Notes under the pieces: model-generated
Seen by the model: only the letters and a program-made list of their open reading frames with translations
What the model was told of the DNA's origin: nothing
The model's database searches: none
NCBI RefSeq assembly: GCF_001194135.2
Contig: NC_068988.1
Span: forward strand, 94,776,874-94,840,873
DNA length: 64,000 nt
Direction: 5' to 3'
From: Octopus bimaculoides
Lineage: Eukaryota
Made by a program: the position numbers and the translations under genes
Part shown: positions 53,028-64,000 of the stretch, one piece after another
Layout: the number at the start of each line of letters is the position of its first letter
Numbering within the stretch: position 1 is the stretch's first letter

Positions 53028-54780
53028 TACGTATATACATGTATATATATACACGTATATGTACGTATANNNNNNNNNNNNNNNNNNNNNNNNNNNNNNN
53101 NNNNNNNNNNNNNNNNNNNNNNNNNNNNNNNNNNNNNNNNNNNNNNNNNNNNNNNNNNNNNNNNNNNNNNNNNNNNNNNNNNNNNNNNNNNNNNNNNNNN
53201 NNNTATATATACATCTATATATAGAAAGTGGGAGAGAGATCGAGAGAGAGATAAACAGATAGATATAAATACATATGTACATATACACATTCGTTTACAT
53301 GCGTGTATGTAGATAAATAATGTGTGTGACATGTGTGTACAGTGTGATAGGAGAGATAAATAGATACGTACAAACGTACATATAGATCTAAATATACACA
53401 CAACCACACACTAAAATACGTATACATATATACACACATATTACGAGTGTGTGTGTGTGTGTGTAACAGAAAATATATGCGTATATACGTATATACGTGT
53501 AATAGTGTGTTTAAGGGACAATTATTTTGTTTTCGATCTTTTACATACTGAAAACACGACTGTGTTCTATTTTCTTTCCTATTTTCCTTTTAATCAAGCC
53601 TCTGTCGTAGCTTTATCTGATTTCTTTACAGTTTAATTCGCACAGTAATATTCCGAAATCCATCATCAACGCCTGGAGACCATCATATAAAACTGTCAAA
53701 AATTACTCCCGAATTATAATTCAGTGGAAGTTTTTCTCTTTCTTCCCTTTATAGCTGCTTCTATTAAAATATCTCATTCTGACATATGTTTTTCTCACAG
53801 TCTAAAAGAGAAATTTAAACAGCTCTTTACGAAATAAATTTATATCAATATATAATTAGACAGTATTTGACGTGCTTAATTTTGTCCAGGTAGACGTAGT
53901 GAGTTCATAAAAACAGCCCCGACTACGGGTAATGAACTTCAGTTAAATACCCCCTTTATAGACCCACACAGGATAAAGTATAGATATTAGAGCTATATAA
54001 ATCAAAGACATATACAACCACACATTTTGAGGATGTCTCCATTAAGGGATACCCCGCTGATTTTCTTCAATTCAAATGTACCTCTCTCCCTTTTATCCTG
54101 ACATGTATATTAGAAGAGGAAGTGAACGAATACAGGATCACACTGACATACGCGCCACACGCGCATACATATACATACACACATATACACACAAACGCAC
54201 ACGTACATACACACATACATACAAATATATACAAATACACATAGAGAGAGACAGAGACAGAGAACGAGATAAAGATGTATAAATATATCAACATACAGTT
54301 ATATATATATANNNNNNNNNNNNNNNNNNNNNNNNNNNNNNNNNNNNNNNNNNNNNNNNNNNNNNNNNNNNNNNNNNNNNNNNNNNNNNNNNNNNNNNNN
54401 NNNNNNNNNNNNNNNNNNNNNNNNNNNNNNNNNNNNNNNNNNNNNNNNNNNNNNNNNNNNNNNNNNNNNNNNNNNNNNNNNNNNNNNNNNNNNNNNNNNN
54501 NNNNNNNNNNNNNNNNNNNNNNNNNNNNNNNNNNNNNNNNNNNNNNNNNNNNNNNNNNNNNNNNNNNNNNNNNNNNNNNNNNNNNNNNNNNNNNNNNNNN
54601 NNNNNNNNNNNNNNNNNNNNNNNNNNNNNNNNNNNNNNNNNNNNNNNNNNNNNNNNNNNNNNNNNNNNNNNNNNATATACATATATATATATATATTAAT
54701 ACATATATAGATACATATATATTTAAGAATATATATACATATATTTAAGGAGAGAAAGAGAGAGAGAGAAATGATAGATG

Positions 54781-54846
<66 letters not shown>

Positions 54847-55123
54847 TAATACATATCACTAATAGCAAACATAATTTCGGGTATATGCTCTTCCGCATAA
54901 TCGACTTTCACCTGTTACCTGTAATGTCTCAGCCTACATGTAGATCGATGAACGCAATGTCTAATTTTTCTTTCAACTTACTGTTAGTTTTGTATCCAAT
55001 CAACTATTCGTTCGTTATGCAAATTGTAAGAATAGATAGATAGCAGATGGACAGACAGACAGATAGAGACATACAGACAGACCACTAGATAGATAAACAG
55101 ACAGATAAATATATATATATATG

Positions 55124-55167
<44 letters not shown>

Positions 55168-56375
55168 CAAACATATATATAAATAAATACGTACATACAT
55201 GCAATACATGTACACACATGCATACATGTACACATATATGCATACATAATATATACATACGGAAAAAGTCTAGTCGCTTTTTTAGCGGCCGGCTTGAATC
55301 CTCTTTAGAAGAACGTAAATAAAAGTCAAAGAAGAATCATACATACATATGTATGTCTTTCACCAACACAAAAGCATGAACTCAAATCCTATTAAGTATA
55401 ATTATTTATTCAATTAATCCGTATGCTGCTATCGGTAATTCTGAATAGCATCACAGTACATACGCTTGCAAAGTTAATTAATTTATTCAAAGTGCATTAA
55501 TTCAGTCTTTGATTGACAGTGAAAATTTAATAAAGTGGTTACCGCCACTTTAATCTACGTTCGCAGCGCATTCTCTGCTATGGGAATTAGACTAATTTGT
55601 TGAACTAAGTCCTACTTTTTATCCATTCTAAATAGCTTTAGACGAATAATCTCACCGTAAAGAAAAGTTGCATGTAGTTTCTTCGATGCGTAACTAACAA
55701 GATCAGATATTGGTCAGCCTATCCCATTTTTGGGGGCCACGAAACATAATTGCCAAATTGGGTGGTTTGTCCGAGCGTAGGACAATATACGTTTGAGTTC
55801 CCTTCAACACAGACACACGTTGTAGCTGGAACAAGGAAGATGCGTTCTTGTTTGTCTCCTGTTCTAGCTTGATTTACGCGTTCGCCACCACAACCTCGTT
55901 TAGGCTTAGCAGCCCTTCCTGTTTGTTTTCACTGTTCCGTTTGTGTTACCAATTTTGACCCTCCGCAAAATCCCAAATTTTATTTAATTTGCTTTGCAGT
56001 AGCAACCGTTTTATCGAAAGCGTATCTTGTTGTTAAATGCTTGAAATACGAGACTAGAAAAACAGCCAACAACTAATGAAGGGTTGTTCTTTATGTTGTT
56101 TGTTTTGGTCTCCATTTGTGTCATTCGTTGTTTGAAAGAATAGTCCCTGTTCCATGTACTCGCGCNNNNNNNNNNNNNNNNNNNNNNNNNNNNNNNNNNN
56201 NNNNNNNNNNNNNNNNNNNNNNNNNNNNNNNNNNNNNNNNNNNNNNNNNNNNNNNNNNNNNNNNNNNNNNNNNNNNNNNNNNNNNNNNNNNNNNNNNNNN
56301 NNNNNNNNNNNNNNNNNNNNNNNNNNNNNNNNNNNNNNNNNNNNNNNNNNNNNNNNNNATATATTATTTATATAT

Positions 56376-56597
56376 GGCGGCGAGCTAGCAGAATCGTTAA
56401 CACACCAGGCGAAATGCTTAGCGGTATTTCGTCTGTCTTTATGTTCTGAGTACAAACTCCGCCGAGGTCGACTCTGCCTTTCATCCTTTTGGGGTCGATT
56501 AAATAAGTACCAGTTACTCACTGGGGTCGATGTAATCGACTTAAACCCTTTGTTTGTCCTTGTTTGTCCCTTCTATGTTTAGCCCCCTGTGGACAAT

Positions 56598-56602
<5 letters not shown>
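56376..56602 (+). mobile_element. SINE family A, full length, tail type 2
   Basis: Family A head and body, then 'aaaccctttgtttgtccttgtttgtcccttctatgtttagccccctgtggacaataaag'. Confidence 0.85.
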
Positions 56603-56634
<32 letters not shown>

Positions 56635-57233
56635 CACACAGATATATATAAACATATCACATAACTGAATCTAGTATGAATTGAAAGTAGGGGTACAAAA
56701 CCTTATGTTCTCTGCAATGTGATATGAGCTAAATTTAGCTACTATTTCAGGACATCATCGGGTGACTATATCCACTGTTAGCTCGATACGTTCCACTGAT
56801 AAGTGAGACAAAAATAATGGTGTCCATTTATCAAATTAAATATTTTAAAACGTGGTGTGAGAGAAAGCAGTTTTGACTACTCTTTCTAGCATTTTGAGCT
56901 ACTCCATGGAGGTTCTTTCATTGACTCGCTAGTTTTGCGGGAATTTTTTAATTTTTATTTTTCATTATAAAGGCCAAATTGTATTCTCATGTCCATAGAA
57001 GTGATTGTGTCTGAAAATGGTATTTGGTAATTTCAAAACTGTATAAGTTGTTTTGTGTCAGCATGTATTTATTGAACGATTAATTGTGACCGATATAATC
57101 TGAAAAGAAATTATGAAACAAAACCTAAAATTTAAGTGAACAAAGAGCAAAAAAACAAGAGCAACAATTCGCATATTTGTATAATTGTATATTAAAATAC
57201 TTACTCATCTGTTCTCACCTATTGTTCCACCAG

Positions 57234-57283
57234 GTGGCTATAGTAAGCCGGGCAACAGAAAGAAAGAATATTATTCTCTCACG
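57234..57283 (+). CDS. Candidate small exon, (R)GYSKPGNRKKEYYSLT; product unknown
   Basis: Acceptor ttctcacctattgttccaccag and donor ACG|gtaatg. The segment is 50 nt, and phase 1 in matches 51432-51482. A second frame is also open. Confidence 0.25.
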
Positions 57284-57915
57284 GTAATGTTGATTTCTCA
57301 AATTATTCCTACCTTACTTGCTAAACAAGATTCATGAGTATTATATACGGCATCTCCATAGTTTTTCAGGCTTTGATAAAGATAAGAACTTTTGTTTCAG
57401 ATCTCATTCTTTTGTTTCTAATGTAAAAAAAAAATCTGAATAAATAGAAATCTATCCGTCACATTTCTGCCCGACTTTCTGGCCAATTATAACGTAAATA
57501 TTTTGCTCAAATAGTTTCAGAAATTACAAATAAATTTTGACATATTTTTCAGTTTTAAAAAGAAATGATTCTGCGTGAAACCAATAAAGAGGATCGAGTT
57601 CTCTTCTTTAGGTGCTTCTGTGAACATAGGAAATAAATCTTCGTCAAATACCAGTCTACGTTTAAGAAAAAGGAGCAAAGAGGATAGTGTAGTCCTGGCT
57701 GGACTACATCAGAAGATTAAGACAAGGTCATTACTGCAATACTGGCAAAATATTTATATTAAATAAACATGAATACCTCAGATAATATCTTATGAATCTC
57801 TTATACAATTCATATCATATTTTTGTAATTGGACAACAAATTCTATATATATTATATTATATTATATTATATTATATTATATTATATTATATATATATAT
57901 ATATATATATATTGG

Positions 57916-57985
<70 letters not shown>

Positions 57986-58002
57986 CATAGATACATAGAT
58001 AC

Positions 58003-58073
<71 letters not shown>

Positions 58074-58299
58074 TCAGTATAATATATATATGGTGATTGT
58101 TTCATCATGACAAGCCGTCCTATCAACACATACAACACATACCTTTGCCATTCGGAATGCTTTATTGTCTTACAAGATTTGTGATATATGACACAAGTCT
58201 TGAGAGACGGTTGGTGTCCAAGATCATTACATATCTAGGCATTACGATTTTCATGTGACTTCATATGATTCACATATATCTATATATACATACATGCAT

Positions 58300-58500
58300 A
58301 TGCGCGCGCGGAGCGAGGTGTACCATAAAAGCACTTGTATTTATACCGTTGGCACTTGGGAACCGTCTGCTACGACCGCCGGAACTAGTAAATCACGTGA
58401 TGTCGCTCTATTTTGAACAACTCCAGTGACAGACATCCGGTCACGTCATAACAGCCGAATCTCCCATCTGCAATGGCCTGTCAAGCACTGATGTCGCTAA
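58300..58500. promoter_or_regulatory. CpG-rich motif cluster, possible promoter or enhancer
   Basis: Palindromic E-box ATCACGTGAT at 58392-58401, CRE/ATF-like GTCACGTCAT at 58440-58449 and CCGGAA at 58379, all in unique sequence. Confidence 0.3.
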
Positions 58501-59049
58501 TAGCCAGTGGGCTTATTAGAAAACAATTAATAAAGACAAGTAGTTTTAATACCAAACTGTAATCTTTATCTCCAGCTTAACGTGGACGTTGTGTTAAGAC
58601 ACAGAACACTGCGTTCTTTACCTTGAGAAGATCTTTCGTAAGAGATTAGATTTCATATATTATTAAATTTCTGTTTAACAGAAATTATTCTTTCATGTTA
58701 GCATTCGTATGTATTTTAATCATTAGTCATTAGTCATTACAATTGTTTACTTATAAATGAAAATAAAGAAAGCCAGTACATCAGATCACCAGAACAACAT
58801 CGTTGCATCAACCGTCCTACTCTAAATATACACACAAAATTCACTCTTTGCATATACAATTTATGCAAGGAAGCCACTGGACAAAATAATATTTAATTGG
58901 CGAGTAAAAGGTAAGCATCGAAGTAAAGATATACTGTGCCTTTTTTTTTTATTATTTTTTTTTATTTTTTTTAGAAAAAGTGTTAAATAGAAATCCATAA
59001 ATTAAGCCCCAGTAACAGGAAGTAATAAACAAGCGAGAAAGAAATTGCC

Positions 59050-59330
59050 GAAGCGACCTCAACATTAGTTCCGGAATTCATCTAAGGCTAAGACCATGTG
59101 TCATAATTCAGGATTACAACACATAAATACACTACAACGCAATTTCTTTTCCTCAACAGATCCTGCCTTATTTAGCATTGTCCAAAAACTAATCAAAGAG
59201 GAAAAAGATGACATTACATTTAAACAGAATCTGGGCAAATTTCTTCAAGGGATACCAGGTAAGCTACCTACCCTTGGATACAACTCACTCAACAAGAACT
59301 CCCTACTCGAATGGACCATGATACCACAAA
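59050..59330 (+). mobile_element. 3' end of a CR1/L2-like LINE ORF2
   Basis: INTLQRNFFSSTDPALFSIVQKLIKEEKDDITFKQNLGKFLQGIPGKLPTLGYNSLNKNSLLEW resembles the C-terminal pattern GP.LFN.LP..I...FK..LDKFL..IPD.P...GY...N.NSL.EW. Confidence 0.7.
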
Positions 59331-60695
59331 ACGAAACGGACGAATCTTTGCTCGAAATATACCCAAGTTATATATATAATTTATTAATGAGGGTAGAAAT
59401 TGATATTAATCAATTAAAACCAGTGGTCTAGCATATTAAAAAAATCCGAAGATTAAAATTATATTACATACAAAAATATGGTCATGCTGGTCATTCCTCT
59501 TATTTTTGTATGCAAGTTATATATATATATATATATNNNNNNNNNNNNNNNNNNNNNNNNNNNNNNNNNNNNNNNNNNNNNNNNNNNNNNNNNNNNNNNN
59601 NNNNNNNNNNNNNNNNNNNNNNNNNNNNNNNNNNNNNNNNNNNNNNNNNNNNNNNNNNNNNNNNNNNNNNNNNNNNNNNNNNNNNNNNNNNNNNNNNNNN
59701 NNNNNNNNNNNNNNNNNNNNNNNNNNNNNNNNNNNNNNNNNNNNNNNNNNNNNNNNNNNNNNNNNNNNNNNNNNNNNNNNNNNNNNNNNNNNNNNNNNNN
59801 NNNNNNNNNNNNNNNNNNNNNNNNNNNNNNNNNNNNNNNNNNNNNNNNNNNNNNNNNNNNNNNNNNNNNNNNNNNNNNNNNNNNNNNNNNNNNNNNNNNN
59901 NNNNNNNNNNNNNNNNNNNNNNNNNNNNNNNNNNNNNNNNNNNNNNNNNNNNNNNNNNNNNNNNNNNNNNNNNNNNNNNNNNNNNNNNNNNNNNNNNNNN
60001 NNNNNNNNNNNNNNNNNNNNNNNNNNNNNNNNNNNNNNNNNNNNNNNNNNNNNNNNNNNNNNNNNNNNNNNNNNNNNNNNNNNNNNNNNNNNNNNNNNNN
60101 NNNNNNNNNNNNNNNNNNNNNNNNNNNNNNNNNNNNNNNNNNNNNNNNNNNNNNNNNNNNNNNNNNNNNNNNNNNNNNNNNNNNNNNNNNNNNNNNNNNN
60201 NNNNNNNNNNNNNNNNNNNNNNNNNNNNNNNNNNNNNNNNNNNNNNNNNNNNNNNNNNNNNNNNNNNNNNNNNNNNNNNNNNNNNNNNNNNNNNNNNNNN
60301 NNNNNNNNNNNTATATATATATGTATGTATGTATATATAATTTACCAGTGCAACATTTATTAACCTATCAAGTACATCTATGATTATAGGTAGACATGTA
60401 CACCAGTGTATGTAAGGAATATCAGAAGTGAACATTTACATAAAGAAACTTGAAGACTTCAGAAATAAATCAAGATATGATAGTTTTCTTTGATCATTCA
60501 GATTTATAGTCAACTAAATCAATATCCAGAATAATCGAACATGTTCGAACATATATACAGCCAGCAGTTATTGCCGTTTTGCCTGGGAACATGAAATGAC
60601 CAAAGCAATATGCTACTGTACAACCGTTGCATAGGCTTCGAGTTCAAATTAGCGTACAACTATCCCTGGCGTATTTCAATATTATACTAAGGTAA

Positions 60696-60929
60696 GGTCG
60701 GCGAGCTGGCAGAATCGTTTGCACGCCTGGCGAAATGCTTAGCGGTATTTCGTCTGTCTTTACGTTCTGAGTTCAAACTCCGCCGGGGTCGACTTTGCCT
60801 TTCATCCTTTCAGGGTCGATAAATTAAGCACCAGTTACGCATTGAGGTCGATATAATCGACTTAAACCCTTTGTCTGTCTTTGTTTGTCCCCTCTATGTT
60901 TAGCCCCCTGTGATCAATAAAGAAATAAG
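60696..60929 (+). mobile_element. SINE family A, full length, tail type 2, with apparent target-site duplication
   Basis: Complete copy flanked by tattatactaagg (~60680-60692) and tattatacttaagg (~60930-60943). Confidence 0.85.
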
Positions 60930-61199
60930 TATTATACTTAAGGAATACCGATGTGTCTGCTGGGGTTGTCGTTAGGCATGGATCAACTAGGATGGAACAG
61001 TAAAACGGTCTGCAGCTTCCATCCAAATATTTCCATAATTACCAGTTGACTCCTGGGGTCTATATAATCGACTTACCCCACCATGCACATACACATACAC
61101 ACTGCCCAGAAATTGCTACCTTTTTGCCAAAATTCAAAATCATCATTAGTTTCTATATGCATTTATCGTCATTTCTTTTACAGTTACTGTATATTCCAT

Positions 61200-61460
61200 A
61201 ACTGCCATACAAATCCTGATGGTGTTTGCTTAGCCACTATATTGGCAGTAGATTGGACAAGTTTAGTCCATGTGAACTTCTAGACTTTACAGTAGCAGAC
61301 ACACAATTCCTTGTAAACACAGTGTTCGATAATGTTCACAAAGTTGGCGCTGTTTCCAATTCATGTTTGAATATATTTCTACGTATGCATCGTCGGGGCA
61401 CACCACAAGATGGGTTTTACACCATTTTATTGAATTCAATTGAATTCAGGTACGTGATGC
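61200..61460 (-). mobile_element. Possible very old L2/CR1-like RT fragment
   Basis: Minus-strand IEFNKMV*NPSCGVPRRCI and NLSNLLPI*WLSKH echo V.FNG..S...CGVPQGSI and NNEL.KI.EWL..N. Confidence 0.3.
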
Positions 61461-61529
61461 TGATAAGCTACAAAAATGGCGAGGCATTCATGTCCGTCAC
61501 CACTCCTATTCACATACATATATATATAC

Positions 61530-61782
61530 TCTAGGCACAAGGCCTGAAATTTTGGGGGAGGGGGACAGTCGATTAGATCGACCCCAGTATGTAACTGGTA
61601 CTTAATTTATCGACATCGAAAGGATGAAATGCAAAGTCGACCGCGTTGGAATATGAGCTGAGAACGTAAAGACGTAGAACGTAAAGACGTAGAACGTAAA
61701 GACGTAGAACGTAAAGACGTAGAACGTAAAGACGTAGAACGTAAAGACGTAGAACGTAAAGACGTAGAACGTAAAGACGTAG
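61530..61782 (-). mobile_element. SINE family A whose head region has become a 15-bp tandem array
   Basis: Tail and body run from 61530. The array starts at the normal 'agaacgtaaagac' position next to the B-box. Confidence 0.8.
61661..61782. repeat. Perfect 15-bp minisatellite (AGAACGTAAAGACGT)x8+
   Basis: Eight identical units plus 2 nt, running into the N-gap at 61783-62305. Confidence 0.95.
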
Positions 61783-63209
61783 NNNNNNNNNNNNNNNNNN
61801 NNNNNNNNNNNNNNNNNNNNNNNNNNNNNNNNNNNNNNNNNNNNNNNNNNNNNNNNNNNNNNNNNNNNNNNNNNNNNNNNNNNNNNNNNNNNNNNNNNNN
61901 NNNNNNNNNNNNNNNNNNNNNNNNNNNNNNNNNNNNNNNNNNNNNNNNNNNNNNNNNNNNNNNNNNNNNNNNNNNNNNNNNNNNNNNNNNNNNNNNNNNN
62001 NNNNNNNNNNNNNNNNNNNNNNNNNNNNNNNNNNNNNNNNNNNNNNNNNNNNNNNNNNNNNNNNNNNNNNNNNNNNNNNNNNNNNNNNNNNNNNNNNNNN
62101 NNNNNNNNNNNNNNNNNNNNNNNNNNNNNNNNNNNNNNNNNNNNNNNNNNNNNNNNNNNNNNNNNNNNNNNNNNNNNNNNNNNNNNNNNNNNNNNNNNNN
62201 NNNNNNNNNNNNNNNNNNNNNNNNNNNNNNNNNNNNNNNNNNNNNNNNNNNNNNNNNNNNNNNNNNNNNNNNNNNNNNNNNNNNNNNNNNNNNNNNNNNN
62301 NNNNATATATATATATATATATATATATAATGTACTGTTTTGTCATAGAAAATTCAACAAAAATGGACTTCATTTGGCGAGAGATGAATATTCTTTATGT
62401 AAAGGGCACAATACATGTATTTAAGCGCTACCCACAGTTTCGTATGTTGAGAAACGCTCAAATATATTCTTCAGTTGCAAACCAGATATCATAATGAACT
62501 AAAAAAAAAATGGAATAATAAAAGAAACGCGAAAAAACTGAGAAGGCAGCAGAAACGCAGAAAGGAAAAAGACAGGAAAACGAAAACACATAAACTAAAA
62601 TGACAACAACAAAAAGTAAAAGGGTTAAAGAGTTATCCTCCTTAAACCTTAAATGATAAGGCTGGAAAACTATCAATTCAATCAGGAATAGGCATAATTT
62701 TCCAGTTCTTAAAAATATATTTCTGCATATGCATGCAGTCACTGAAACATTTTGACCTGGAGTTCAATACAGAGTTAGGGATTTTAGATTTAAACAGTAT
62801 AATCGCTCTTTTGAGTAAAAAAGCATACATCAAAAAGGCCATTTTAAAATAGACTACATTAGAGAAAGTTGAATGCGATGTGAATATGTAGATCTGCAAT
62901 AAGATGATTAGAAATGTTACGAGAAGTGCTATTTCACGAAACTTTGCGACACCGATAGAATTTCATAAATGTATTTGTCTATCAAATACTTGTTTTTACA
63001 CGTCGGGAATTGCAACAAGCAATATACAACATATATACTATATATTATGAGAATTTGTTGTTGAAAGTGCATCTGAATTTGAAAAACTTGTAATTGTTTT
63101 TAAGTAAATTTATTTACATACATACCAAACTAGTTTCAACAATTTTTTGTTTATCAACGGTAAAAATTTAAAATTGCCAAGAATACTCTCTCTTTTGATA
63201 TATATATAT

Positions 63210-63269
<60 letters not shown>

Positions 63270-63341
63270 ACATATATATATATATATACAGAGAGAGAGA
63301 AAGAGAGATAGATAGATATACAAACAAACATTCGCATATAT

Positions 63342-63394
<53 letters not shown>

Positions 63395-63580
63395 GTGTGT
63401 GTGTGTGTGTTCATATATGTTTGTGCATATGTGCATATATATATATGAAAATGTATATATATACCTATTCCTAAATACAGACACACACACAAACACATAT
63501 ATGTATATATGCATATTAATATAAGTGTACCGCAAGAATATTTCACAGCCCTACGTACTCTCGAACATATGGATACGTAC

Positions 63581-63616
<36 letters not shown>

Positions 63617-63663
63617 NNNNNNNNNNNNNNNNNNNNNNNNNNNNNNNNNNNNNNNNNNNNNNN

Positions 63664-63707
<44 letters not shown>

Positions 63708-64000
63708 GCACCATATATGTGTGTATGTGTGTGTGCGCGCGCGCGCGTGTGTGTGTGTGTGTGCGTGTGTGTGTGTGCATGTATAAACTAATTTTTCTAA
63801 GCCAAACCAGTTTCGTGGGTCAAGTAAAAACTAGTCTGATGCAAGAGTCAAACTAACGCTCACGCAATTGGAGACACTGACCTTCACACACAAAACACGC
63901 AAACACTCACACACGCCCTGGCGTGTGTGGATGTGTGTGGATGTGTGTGGTTTGTGTATGTGTGTGGTGTGTGTATGTGTGTGGTTTGTGTATGTGTGTG

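Noticed and set aside
57614-57728. Strong acceptor with open frame GASVNIGNKSSSNTSLRLRKRSK...
   Set aside because: The donor (gtcatt) is poor, and the opposite strand has an equally long open frame.
61661-61782. Regular repeat as a possible CRISPR array
   Set aside because: The units are head-to-tail with no spacers, the context is eukaryotic, and the sequence is SINE-derived.
977-63856. Long ORFs in the supplied track (poly-X, YIYI, CVCV, LSLS, THTH, poly-V/P/H/D)
   Set aside because: They are translations of N-gaps and di-, tri- and tetranucleotide microsatellites, not genes.

Overview
AT-rich eukaryotic DNA from a gapped short-read assembly. Microsatellites are very dense ((TA)n, (CA)n, (TACA)n, (GATA)n, (ATT)n, (TAG)n, (GGT)n), and most N-gaps sit inside these arrays. 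The repeat content resembles an octopus (coleoid cephalopod) genome; this is inferred from recalled SINE families, not from a search. Most of the window is intron-like or intergenic and filled with transposon relics. These are three tRNA-headed SINE families, one unnamed repeat with a (CAA)n tail, decayed R4/Dong-like and HERO-like non-LTR fragments, decayed AP-endonuclease-type LINE fragments, a mariner remnant, one hAT MITE end, and a ~440-bp foldback element. Three type I hammerhead-ribozyme motifs of the Penelope-associated kind are present. No intact protein-coding gene could be identified. A few short + strand segments have strong splice sites and one open frame, and may be exons of a large-intron gene that I could not name. 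Almost all entries in the supplied ORF track are artefacts of microsatellites or N-runs. There are no CRISPR arrays, no rRNA and no credible tRNA genes.
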